From an uncultured Methanospirillaceae archaeon (GTDB lineage Archaea > Halobacteriota > Methanomicrobia > Methanomicrobiales > Methanospirillaceae), in the NCBI GenBank assembly GCA_949319355.1, contig CASGHA010000141.1, forward strand, positions 1 through 40,995: a stretch of 40,995 nucleotides of DNA. Direction: 5' to 3'. The notes below the pieces were generated by a model. It was not told the origin of the DNA. It ran no database searches and saw nothing but the letters and a program-made list of their open reading frames with translations. Positions 6,583 to 14,984 of the stretch are shown one piece after another (the first letter of the stretch is position 1; every line of letters begins with the position of its first letter). The position numbers were made by a program, and so were the translations under genes.

Positions 6583-8277
6583 TTAGATCTTGAGGTCGTC
6601 CTCGTCGAGGTCGAGGTCATCGAGAGAGGAGCCCTCTTCTGGTTGTTCTATGTCTGCCGTTTCCTCTTCGCCTTCATTTTCATCCACATCCTCTCCTCCG
6701 CCGCGGCGTTTCATGAGATAGATGATGAGGATAACGACGATCACGACGACGACGATGATGACGATCAGGAGGAGCAGGAGGTAAAAGGGGAGTGCCCCGA
6801 TGATCGGAAGTCCCGCAGGCGTTGGCGTTGGTGTTGGAGTCCGGATGACCACGGGTTCAGGTGTGGGTGTCGGCACCGGGTTGAAGAGGCCGTACATGCT
6901 GAAATGACTGACGGTTATCGTGACCGTCCGTGCTGTCGGGTCGACCGCGGCCGGGACATCCTCCCATGACTTCGAGGTCGGGTTGTACCATTTTGCCTTT
7001 ATCTCCTGCTGGCTTACGGAACCCCATTTATCCTGGGGAATGAGGAACCGGATGGTCGCGCCTGGAGAGAAGGACGCTCCGTCAGGCTTAAAGTCATAGG
7101 CAATCCCTGAAAAAGTTAAGGTCGGTCCTGCTGACGGGACATCTGCCTGGTTCACCCTGACGACCCTGATGTTATCAAGCGGCTTTCCGGAGGCGTCAAC
7201 CGGCTGCACGCCGGTCGCAAGTGAAACCGATGCGATTCCGTCCTCGGAAACGATATCAACCGGGTTTAATACCGTACCGTTCGCTGACAGGGGAATCATC
7301 CCGCTTCCCACCGGGACGGTTGGTGCCGTGGTCCTGGCAGCATAGGCGGTTGCCGTCGGCTTCGGGTTGGGGTTGATGTAGGTATCGTACTGGTTGTCAC
7401 TCCCACCATCACCCGAGCTGCCGCCACCTCCGCCACCAGTGCCGCCTCCGCTGGAACTGGTGGTCACTTCGATGACAAGCTCTGTCGTCTTGCCGCTCTG
7501 GTAGGGATAGGAATTCATCCAGCCAGATGCTTCCTGCACTGACTTGACCCTGGCCTTTGCAGCCCGAAGGTAGTTCTTGTCGGTGACCCAGAACTCCACG
7601 GGGGCACCATCGGAAATACCACCCTGGACGATAAGTTTCTGTTCAAGGGCTCCTGAGCCTCCAAAACGGCTGTCACCCATGACATAGACCGGGTTGTTCG
7701 GACCGCTGATGGCACGGCCATAAACCCTTGCCTCCACGATCCCATCGGTAGAGACGGGTTTGCCATAGGCGATGACAGTCCCATAGAAACTGTGTGGCAG
7801 GCTTGGGAGAAGCGTGGAAACCGCGGTCCCGGTCGGCTGGCCGGTAGGCTTTGTCGTAGGCTTTGTGGTAGGAGCTGTAGTCGTCGGTTTCGTCGTTACC
7901 GGGCTGCCGCCGGTTGACAGGTCGAGGTTTGTCGCTATGCCCGGCTGGAATGGGACTTTCTGGATCGCTGCCTTTCCCGCAATGGTGAACTCAACGGTTG
8001 GAGTACCCTTTGCCAGGTCTTCCTCGGTAGCGACCACGACAAGCCGCTCACTGAATGCCCCCGTTCCCGAACCGTATACACCACTGGAACTCGTTGTTAT
8101 CGACCCGCGCTGCTGGCCGTTTATCTTGGCTATTATGGTCGTCCCCGATGGTGCCGCCTTTCCGTCTATCGACACTGAGCCGTAGAATTCCGCAGGCAAG
8201 GGCGGGGCCGCCGAAGCCGAGGAAATGAGGAGAAGCGCCAGCAGGGCGAAGGAAAAGAGAAGTAAGGGGGTTCTCAT
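6583..8277 (-). CDS. Membrane-anchored surface protein: signal peptide, two 'FYG' beta-modules, T/P and G/S linkers, PGF-pre-PGF-like domain, single TM, acidic cytoplasmic tail
   Basis: Preferred start is ATG 8277 (MRTPLLLFSFALLALLLISSASA), with GGAGG at 8286-8290; the track start is 8310. PGF-pre-PGF-like segment: FSGIAYDFKPDGASFSPGATIRF...TITVSHFSMYGLF. C-terminus: LLLLLIVIIVVVVIVVILIIYLMKRR followed by 39 aa, 19 of them D/E. Confidence 0.8.
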   Translation of the reverse strand: MRTPLLLFSFALLALLLISSASAAPPLPAEFYGSVSIDGKAAPSGTTIIAKINGQQRGSITTSSSGVYGSGTGAFSERLVVVATEEDLAKGTPTVEFTIAGKAAIQKVPFQPGIATNLDLSTGGSPVTTKPTTTAPTTKPTTKPTGQPTGTAVSTLLPSLPHSFYGTVIAYGKPVSTDGIVEARVYGRAISGPNNPVYVMGDSRFGGSGALEQKLIVQGGISDGAPVEFWVTDKNYLRAAKARVKSVQEASGWMNSYPYQSGKTTELVIEVTTSSSGGGTGGGGGGSSGDGGSDNQYDTYINPNPKPTATAYAARTTAPTVPVGSGMIPLSANGTVLNPVDIVSEDGIASVSLATGVQPVDASGKPLDNIRVVRVNQADVPSAGPTLTFSGIAYDFKPDGASFSPGATIRFLIPQDKWGSVSQQEIKAKWYNPTSKSWEDVPAAVDPTARTVTITVSHFSMYGLFNPVPTPTPEPVVIRTPTPTPTPAGLPIIGALPFYLLLLLIVIIVVVVIVVILIIYLMKRRGGGEDVDENEGEEETADIEQPEEGSSLDDLDLDEDDLKI

Positions 8278-8293
8278 GATGCCACCCTCCTTC

Positions 8294-11200
8294 TCACGTT
8301 CCAATCGCACTTAAGGTCCCGGCTGATTTCATGAACAACCAGTACCCCTTGGTCGGGTAGAGCGTCCTCATGTCTGAGAAATCTCCGCTCCCGCCGTTTA
8401 CGATCGTCGTTTCATACTTCTGACCCGTGGCGTCAAACCCTATCGCATTTGCCCACTGTGCCTGGACCGAGAAGAATGCATCACGTGCGGTCGCCGGCTG
8501 CATACCGGAGAATCCTATGGCATTCCAACCGCTTGGGAGGTTCTTTGACGGCGGAACCGAGATGGGGTCGGTCGAGAACTTCAGGGGGACTGAAGTCAGG
8601 GCTCTTGAGTAGATCCAGATCCCGTCAAGCACTTTCACCGGGCTCGTTGGTGTCAGGGTAATCCAGGTACCCTTGGTCGTGTCGTACTCGTAGATCGAGT
8701 GACTGGCCGTATCCACGCTGGTAAAGATCGAGGCATTGTCATACCCCGGCTGGAGGACCCTGGGTGTTGAAACGAAGTTCCATCCCGGGAAGAGGGTTAT
8801 GCTGTCATATCCCGGAGGGATGGGCTGGTCTGACCGGACTGAAATCACCTGTGAGACCGTGCTGCTTGCATCAACTCCGTTTCCAACCGTCAGGGTGACC
8901 GTGTAATTGCCGGCATTATTGTAGGTATGCGATCCGGGGTTCGGCAATGCCGAATACGTCGAGTCACCGAAGTCCCAGAACCAGGTGTTCGGGTTCCCGT
9001 AGGACATGTCGGTGAAATTCACAGTCAGTGGTTTCATACCAATCGTCGGTTCCGCGCTGAAGGAGGCGGAAAGGACAACGGCACCGACATTGATGTAGGC
9101 GACCTTGCTTGCGGTCCTGGTCACACCATCAGGGTCTACCGCTTTTAAGGTCACCGTGTAGGAACCGTCAGTGACATAGGTGTGCGTCGGGTTCTTGTCG
9201 GTGGAGGTCGTGCTGTCACCGAACTCCCAGGTCCTGCTGATCTCCGTAATGGTCGAGAGGTCAGTGAAATTGACGGTCAGGGGAGCCCTGCCGCCGGTGG
9301 GGTTGGCAGAGAAGTCCATTCCGATTGAGTTCACGTCCTGGACCGTCAGGGTGAAGGTCTGGTAGATGTCGTCGACACAGGGCTGCTTGAGGGCGTTGAG
9401 GACACCGTTGTACCCTGCATAGTCATACTTTCCACCCGGGCCTTCGATCGGGAACAGGTATGACCACTTCACCGGGCACACGCTCGAGACGAACCAGCGG
9501 TTGGCACCATCGTTCGGGTTCTTCTGGAGGTCGATGTCCAGGACGCGGTTGTACATCGGGTGCTGGAGGATGAAGTAATACCTGCCTGGCGCAACCTTGT
9601 CGACCGGGAATACCGGGTCATTCGGGCCGAAAGAGATAGTGAACGTGTCGTCGCACTTCACTTCGTAGTAGGCGTGGGCATAGTGGACGTCAGCGATCTT
9701 ACCGTCACCGAATATCCATAGCCCGATTATCTTCTTCCCTGTGACCGGATCTACGCCGAGTCCGGTGGCCTTTCCACTGATGGTCACGGTGTGGTCGTTA
9801 CAGCACTCGCGGATGAGTGGGTTGGGCTTGAGCACGGCGGTGAGCACCGGGCGTTCTATGATAATTTTCGCCTGGGCTGTTGCAGCGCATGCGACGCAGC
9901 AGTCATTGCATTTGTTCGGGCAGTACGCCACGTTGCTGCACGGAGTCGGGCTTGGCGAGGGGGCAGGGGTCGGGACATCGCAGGACCAGTTGCTTGCCGC
10001 GAAAATCGTGTATTCTCCGGCATCGATCTTGAGGTCCATGATGGTCCAGTTATACGTCCAGGTCCCGTCCTGGTTCACCTTGACCTTGGTCGGGATGCCG
10101 AGAGGTATCTGCGGGTTGTCGATGGGTGCCCCACAGACTGGCTGGCACGGGCCCTTTAACCAGAGGAAGGTTGTGAGCGTCTCGGTGTTCGTTCCGTTGA
10201 TGAGGACGAACTTCGAGGTGCCGAGCGTTACATTTGCCGGCATGTTGATGGTCACGACCCCCTTGGTGACCGTTACCTTGGCGTCAGGGTTCGTGTAGAT
10301 GTCACGGTTGTCGATGGTCTTTCCCTGGGCATGATAGGTAAAGGTGGCCGGAGCGGTATCGATGGAGGTCTGCAGGTTGATGACCTTGGTCCCGGTTGCA
10401 TCTGTCTTCACATAGGCGTAGTATCTTGTCCCGTCAAAGGGTGTCTTCGGGATGATGCTGCGTATGGTGCTTCCCGGGTAACAGCAGTCAGGGACAGTCT
10501 TCGTGTTCCCGATGGTGTAGTTGCCGTTCGGGGTGTCAAAGAGGACGTTCTCCTGGCCTTCCACGATCATTGGCGGCTGGTTACAGGCTTTTCCATCGAA
10601 TGTCTGCGGGCAGTCCATCAGGTATACATAGTACCAGGTGTTCGGCCTGCCCGTTACGATAAGGTTGAAGGGCTTGGACCTGACAACCGATGTCGGGTTT
10701 GCCGTGATACTAAGGGTCTCGGGGAGGAGCTCGACATTCCGTGCAGCAGAAATAGCTGACGGGTTGTTGATGTTCAACTTGTTTGCAAGACAGGAGACCT
10801 TGAACTGGTAGATCCCTGTGTCATAGACGTAGTTCTCTCCTGACGGTCCCTTAACACCCGTGAACCAGCCGTTGTTGGTCTTCTCAGTTACCCAGTAGTA
10901 CGGGTTGTTGTTCACTGGGATGCTCACGAGGGAGATATCCGTTCCTGTCGGTGACATCAGGGCACTATAGATGTTGCCACCCGGGCCTGTGACATTGATG
11001 ACGAACGGGCCTGGTGAGCTCGGGTCCCTGGTGGTTATCGGGAACAGGTTCGTCTCTATCCTGAAGTTCAGGACAGTCCCCTGGAAGACTTTCTTATCGG
11101 TTACGTCCAGGTCTGTCGGGTTGGTAACGGACTTGATCTGGATGTACGGCTTCATCAGCGTGAAAGCGGTCTTTCCAGCCGGTGGAGCCCCGTTCCAGCA

Positions 11201-11521
11201 GTACCATGTACCCTGGCTCACATCTGAGAAGATCTTCGGGTCAAAGTAAAACGACTTCTTGTTCGACAGGTCGTTCACTATCTGTATCGGTGTGTCCTTG
11301 GTCGGGTCGGCATTGTTTGCGAACAGTGCGATCCGCGTGTACGGGTCAGGGACTGCGACCGAGATGTCCATACCTTCCTCCCCGATGAACACCGTGCTGT
11401 TCGGGGCGACGTATGTGAAGCCCTTCGGGAACGGGGGAGGGACGTCAGCCGAGACGACACAGCCGAATACGGAGGCCGCCAGGGCGAGTACCATGATGAG
11501 TTTCAACCATTTTCCAGTCAT
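8294..11521 (-). CDS. Large secreted Cys-rich surface (S-layer-like) glycoprotein, paralogue A: conserved core, Cys knot, 2 PKD domains, twin-GWN C-terminal domain
   Basis: Signal peptide MTGKWLKLIMVLALAASVFGCVVSA and many N-x-S/T sequons. Collinear with 11523..14984 (VFIGEEGMDIS/VYVGEEGLDIT, NPTDLDVTDKKVFQGTVLNF/NPNDLDVTDKSVFHGTVLNF, LWLKGPCQPVCGA/LWLKGPCQPECGA, RECCNDHT in both, GRYYFILQHPMYN/GRYYMILQHPMYN). From memory it resembles the Methanomicrobiales-restricted DUF3821-type S-layer glycoproteins; this is unverified. Confidence 0.85.
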   Translation of the reverse strand: MTGKWLKLIMVLALAASVFGCVVSADVPPPFPKGFTYVAPNSTVFIGEEGMDISVAVPDPYTRIALFANNADPTKDTPIQIVNDLSNKKSFYFDPKIFSDVSQGTWYCWNGAPPAGKTAFTLMKPYIQIKSVTNPTDLDVTDKKVFQGTVLNFRIETNLFPITTRDPSSPGPFVINVTGPGGNIYSALMSPTGTDISLVSIPVNNNPYYWVTEKTNNGWFTGVKGPSGENYVYDTGIYQFKVSCLANKLNINNPSAISAARNVELLPETLSITANPTSVVRSKPFNLIVTGRPNTWYYVYLMDCPQTFDGKACNQPPMIVEGQENVLFDTPNGNYTIGNTKTVPDCCYPGSTIRSIIPKTPFDGTRYYAYVKTDATGTKVINLQTSIDTAPATFTYHAQGKTIDNRDIYTNPDAKVTVTKGVVTINMPANVTLGTSKFVLINGTNTETLTTFLWLKGPCQPVCGAPIDNPQIPLGIPTKVKVNQDGTWTYNWTIMDLKIDAGEYTIFAASNWSCDVPTPAPSPSPTPCSNVAYCPNKCNDCCVACAATAQAKIIIERPVLTAVLKPNPLIRECCNDHTVTISGKATGLGVDPVTGKKIIGLWIFGDGKIADVHYAHAYYEVKCDDTFTISFGPNDPVFPVDKVAPGRYYFILQHPMYNRVLDIDLQKNPNDGANRWFVSSVCPVKWSYLFPIEGPGGKYDYAGYNGVLNALKQPCVDDIYQTFTLTVQDVNSIGMDFSANPTGGRAPLTVNFTDLSTITEISRTWEFGDSTTSTDKNPTHTYVTDGSYTVTLKAVDPDGVTRTASKVAYINVGAVVLSASFSAEPTIGMKPLTVNFTDMSYGNPNTWFWDFGDSTYSALPNPGSHTYNNAGNYTVTLTVGNGVDASSTVSQVISVRSDQPIPPGYDSITLFPGWNFVSTPRVLQPGYDNASIFTSVDTASHSIYEYDTTKGTWITLTPTSPVKVLDGIWIYSRALTSVPLKFSTDPISVPPSKNLPSGWNAIGFSGMQPATARDAFFSVQAQWANAIGFDATGQKYETTIVNGGSGDFSDMRTLYPTKGYWLFMKSAGTLSAIGT
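8297..8806 (-). other. Twin-GWN C-terminal domain, copy in paralogue A (170 aa)
   Basis: DSITLFPGWNFVSTP...DGIWIYS...PLKF / NLPSGWNAIGFSG...YETTIV...LYPTKGYWLFM...GTL. It aligns end to end with the last 169-170 aa of the two upstream genes. Confidence 0.8.
8837..9334 (-). repeat. Two tandem PKD domains in paralogue A (protein-level repeat, 83 aa each)
   Basis: FSANPTGGRAPLTVNFTDLS...WEFGDSTTSTDKNPTHTYVTDGSYTVTL and FSAEPTIGMKPLTVNFTDMS...WDFGDSTYSALPNPGSHTYNNAGNYTVTL. Confidence 0.85.
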
Positions 11522-11522
11522 G

Positions 11523-14500
11523 TTAGATCACTCCTTCGAGAGTACCGTCAGAATTCATATCAATCCAGTATCCATGCGTCGGATACATAAGCCTGTTCTC
11601 GCTCGTCTCGGGATCCTGGCTCCCTGCGATGATCGCCGTCTCATACTGCTGCTTCGATGCATCCCATCCGTTCACCTGGTTCCACAGACCCTTCACCGAC
11701 AGGAGGTCGTCACGGGCTGACTTCGGATATATACCTGACACTCCGATGGCATTCCATCCGGTGTATAACTGTTTCACGGGCTTTACTCCGCTCGTCGTGT
11801 TGAGCGACAGGCTGATGCTCATCGTACTGGTCGAATACACTCCGTATCCCTCAAGTGGGACGATGACTTCAGAGGCTGTGACCGAGTCCCATGCCTGGCT
11901 GATTCCGTTGTACTTGCGAATCGAGTGGCCCGCGGTATTCACTCCTCCAAAGACCTTCGAGGCGGTATTCTGGCCCTCCTTCAGATAGAGGGGGACTGAT
12001 GCGAGGTTCCATCCCGGGTAGAGGTCGATTGTCGTATATCCCGGGTAGGGAGTCGGGGTGGGGGTGACCCCCATGGTGCTGATATACTTGTTCTTCACGA
12101 TGTACCCCGAAGTCCCGTCGGCAAATTTCACGTTCAGGCTGACGTCAAAAATACCTGTTGTCTCGTAGGTGTGGACAGGGTTTTTTTCCGTGGAGGTTGC
12201 ACCGTCACCGAAATCCCAGCTCCACGCGTTCGCCGTCGTCGCGGACTTGTCGGTGAATGTGACCTTCAGGGGAGCAGAACCGGCTACGGGTGTTCCACTG
12301 AAGTCAACCTTTCCTCCGCTGTCATCAACGACGTAAAAGCTGAGTGTGGTGTAGATATCATCCACACAGTCTGCGTTCAGGGCTTCGATGACACCGTCAT
12401 ACATTTCCTTGTCCATCTTAGCCCCGGGCCCCTCGACCGGGAAGAGGAAGGATGGCAGGATGTTCGGACACCAGGACACGACGTATTTGCGGTTCCTTGT
12501 CGGATCGTAATACCCTCCGTTCAAAACCTCGATGTCAAACCTGTTGTTGTACATCGGGTGCTGGAGGATCATGTAGTACCTGCCGTTCTTCACCTTGTCG
12601 ACCGGGAAGCCATGGACGTATGTCAGTCCAAGGCCCGGGTCATCGACACCACTGCCGTCCTTCGTGAGCTTGATGGTAAACGTGTCATTGCACGAGACGT
12701 AGGCATCTCCGACAAGGTAGTGGATATCGAGGATCTTCCCGTCTCCGAAGAGCCAGAAGCGTATCTTTTTCGTGTTGTTGACCTCGCTGCATTGGGTATG
12801 AAGCCCTGTTGCGGTACCCTGGATGGTTATGGTATGGTCATTGCAGCATTCCCTGACAAGGACTGACGGTGTCACCGTCGCACTGATGATCGGCTTGATC
12901 AGGGTTATGTTCGTCTGGGTAGTCGCGGCACATCCCGTGCAGAGCTTGCAGTCCTGGTTGGGACAGTAGCAGGACTGTTCACAGGTGGACGTTGTCCCGC
13001 TCCCTCCATTCGATGTACACTGCCCGTTGCAGTCTCCTCCCTGGCGACAGATGGGAATCGGGCAGGGGACCTCGGGAGTACATGGGTTTACATACCCGTT
13101 ATCGGTGACATTGGATACTGTGCAGTTCGTTGAACAATACCAGTTCGTTGCTGCATAAATCGTGTATTCACCAGCATCGATGTTCAGGTTCGCGACCGAC
13201 CATTTGTATTCCCATGTCCCGTCGGCGGAAACCGGCACGACCGTCGGACAACCAAGCTTGTAACTTGGATTCGAGAGATTTGCGCCGCATTCTGGCTGGC
13301 ACGGTCCCTTGAGCCAGAGGTAGGTCCTCAGGGTTTCCGTGTTCACCCCTTTTATGAGGATAGTGTTCAGGGTCCCGAGGGTTGCACTCGGCTGCATGGA
13401 GATACTGATGCTTCCTGCCGTGACCGTGACCTGGGCATCAGGATCGGTATATATGATTTTTCCGTCCAGGCCACGGGTGTAAGCATGATAGGTAAACGTC
13501 GTGGTCTTGGTATTCAGGGTGGTGAGCATGTTGATGACGGCCTTCCCTGAATCGTCGGTCTTGACATAGGCGTAATACCGGACACCGTTTTCAGGTTTCC
13601 TGGGGACGACATCCTTGATAGGACTGTTCGGGAAACAGCACTCCGGATAGGTCATGTTGTTTCCTATTGTGTAAACCGGGAACGCGGGATTGTATCCGTC
13701 CATAATGACATTGTTCTGACCGGGTGCGATAAGCGGGGCTTCGTCGCACGTCCCCCCTGTCAGGGTCCTCGGGCAGTCCTTTAAGTAGAAGTTATACCAG
13801 GTGTTGGGCCGTCCCTGAATGGTCAGGCTGAACGGATTGGAACGGATGACACTTGACGGGCTGGACGTGATGCTCACGACTTCAGGCTTCAGCTCGACCG
13901 TGTGCGTCTTCGAGACCGCCCCTGATGGATTGTTTTCCTTCAGCTTGTTCGCATTGCATTCAATCCAGAAGGAATATGTCCCCATCTTGTACTGGAAATT
14001 CATACCCTGGGTGTCCTGTGCAGCGGTATACCATCCCTGTTCAGTCCCGGGGGTGACCATGTAATAGGGGTTGTTGCTAATCCTGAAATCCTTGAGTGAG
14101 ATCTGTCCTGTCTTGCTTGCAAGGGCTGTGTAGATGACCCCGTCAGGGCTCTTCACGTAGATGGTGAAAGGACCCACTCCCGCAGGACAGGAAGTAGTAC
14201 GGCTGCCCATTGCATCGAGGTTTGTCTCAACCTTGAAGTTCAGGACCGTCCCATGGAACACCGACTTATCGGTTACATCGAGGTCATTGGGGTTGTCAGT
14301 GCAGGTAATGTTCATTACCGGGTTGACAGCCACAAATGCGACCATCAGGTTTCTTGTAACATTAATCTGGTCGCTCCACAGGTACCATGCCCCCTGATAT
14401 CCCGAATATTGCGTTGGTGCGATGAAGTAACTGGTCTTCGACCCGGACGGTATGGGAAGGATCATCTTCGGGTTCGCTGTGATAGGGTCATCCCCTGCTT

Positions 14501-14984
14501 CGAACCAGGCAATCGATGATATGTTCCCAACGGCATTCGTGATGTCGAGCCCTTCCTCCCCGACATACACGGTGTCACCCTGGTTGATCTGGTTGATCTT
14601 GCATGGTGCCGGAGTTGGTGTCGGGGTCGGTGAGGAACCAATCGTCAGGTCCAGCGACGTGGAACCGCCGCTTAAGAAATACGCGGTTTCCGAAGCCTGG
14701 TTCCCGTTGATATAGAACGTGATGAGATCTCCGTTCATGTTTCCGGTGACGAGGAGCTGCGGAGTCGTGATACCGTACGATCCATTCGTCGCGGTCGTCG
14801 TGGTCCCAACTATGGTCCCATTAATCTTCGCACTAATCGTAGCCCCTGCAACCGGCAGGTTGTTCACTTTTGCCGTACCGTAGAAGAACTCAGGGAGGAC
14901 CGGCGCTGCCATCGCCGTCCCTACCATGAGTACGAGCAGAATCCCTGCTATGATGAACCCTTTTTTCATAACCTCTCCCTTCAT
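11523..14984 (-). CDS. Large secreted Cys-rich surface (S-layer-like) glycoprotein, paralogue B: N-terminal FYG module, conserved core, expanded Cys knot, 1 PKD, twin-GWN C-terminal domain
   Basis: Signal peptide MKKGFIIAGILLVLMVGTAMA (alternative start ATG 14969, preceded by GGGAGAGG). FYG module at 14637-14903, PKD at 12075-12314 (FSGTPVAGSAPLKVTFTDKS...WDFGDGATSTEKNPVHTY). A 24-mer identical to paralogue A (gttgtacatcgggtgctggaggat at 12546-12569 and 9548-9571) encodes ILQHPMYN. Confidence 0.85.
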   Translation of the reverse strand: MKGEVMKKGFIIAGILLVLMVGTAMAAPVLPEFFYGTAKVNNLPVAGATISAKINGTIVGTTTTATNGSYGITTPQLLVTGNMNGDLITFYINGNQASETAYFLSGGSTSLDLTIGSSPTPTPTPAPCKINQINQGDTVYVGEEGLDITNAVGNISSIAWFEAGDDPITANPKMILPIPSGSKTSYFIAPTQYSGYQGAWYLWSDQINVTRNLMVAFVAVNPVMNITCTDNPNDLDVTDKSVFHGTVLNFKVETNLDAMGSRTTSCPAGVGPFTIYVKSPDGVIYTALASKTGQISLKDFRISNNPYYMVTPGTEQGWYTAAQDTQGMNFQYKMGTYSFWIECNANKLKENNPSGAVSKTHTVELKPEVVSITSSPSSVIRSNPFSLTIQGRPNTWYNFYLKDCPRTLTGGTCDEAPLIAPGQNNVIMDGYNPAFPVYTIGNNMTYPECCFPNSPIKDVVPRKPENGVRYYAYVKTDDSGKAVINMLTTLNTKTTTFTYHAYTRGLDGKIIYTDPDAQVTVTAGSISISMQPSATLGTLNTILIKGVNTETLRTYLWLKGPCQPECGANLSNPSYKLGCPTVVPVSADGTWEYKWSVANLNIDAGEYTIYAATNWYCSTNCTVSNVTDNGYVNPCTPEVPCPIPICRQGGDCNGQCTSNGGSGTTSTCEQSCYCPNQDCKLCTGCAATTQTNITLIKPIISATVTPSVLVRECCNDHTITIQGTATGLHTQCSEVNNTKKIRFWLFGDGKILDIHYLVGDAYVSCNDTFTIKLTKDGSGVDDPGLGLTYVHGFPVDKVKNGRYYMILQHPMYNNRFDIEVLNGGYYDPTRNRKYVVSWCPNILPSFLFPVEGPGAKMDKEMYDGVIEALNADCVDDIYTTLSFYVVDDSGGKVDFSGTPVAGSAPLKVTFTDKSATTANAWSWDFGDGATSTEKNPVHTYETTGIFDVSLNVKFADGTSGYIVKNKYISTMGVTPTPTPYPGYTTIDLYPGWNLASVPLYLKEGQNTASKVFGGVNTAGHSIRKYNGISQAWDSVTASEVIVPLEGYGVYSTSTMSISLSLNTTSGVKPVKQLYTGWNAIGVSGIYPKSARDDLLSVKGLWNQVNGWDASKQQYETAIIAGSQDPETSENRLMYPTHGYWIDMNSDGTLEGVI
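11526..12035 (-). other. Twin-GWN C-terminal domain, copy in paralogue B (170 aa)
   Basis: TTIDLYPGWNLASVP...EGYGVYS...SLSL / QLYTGWNAIGVSG...YETAII...MYPTHGYWIDM...GTL. Confidence 0.8.

Noticed and set aside
6565-6969. Plus-strand ORF with a striking poly-Asp/Glu run (DDEDNDDHDDDDDDDQEEQE)
   Set aside because: It is the mirror image of the I/V/L-rich transmembrane codons of the real minus-strand gene (6583-8277). It has no independent support.
8294-14984. Idea that the paralogue pair with a variable Cys-rich insert could be a diversity-generating (DGR-like) or cassette-switching system
   Set aside because: The window has no reverse transcriptase, no template/variable repeat pair and no recombinase nearby. 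Identity between the paralogues is confined to short constrained stretches (e.g. the 24-mer encoding ILQHPMYN), which is consistent with ordinary old paralogy.
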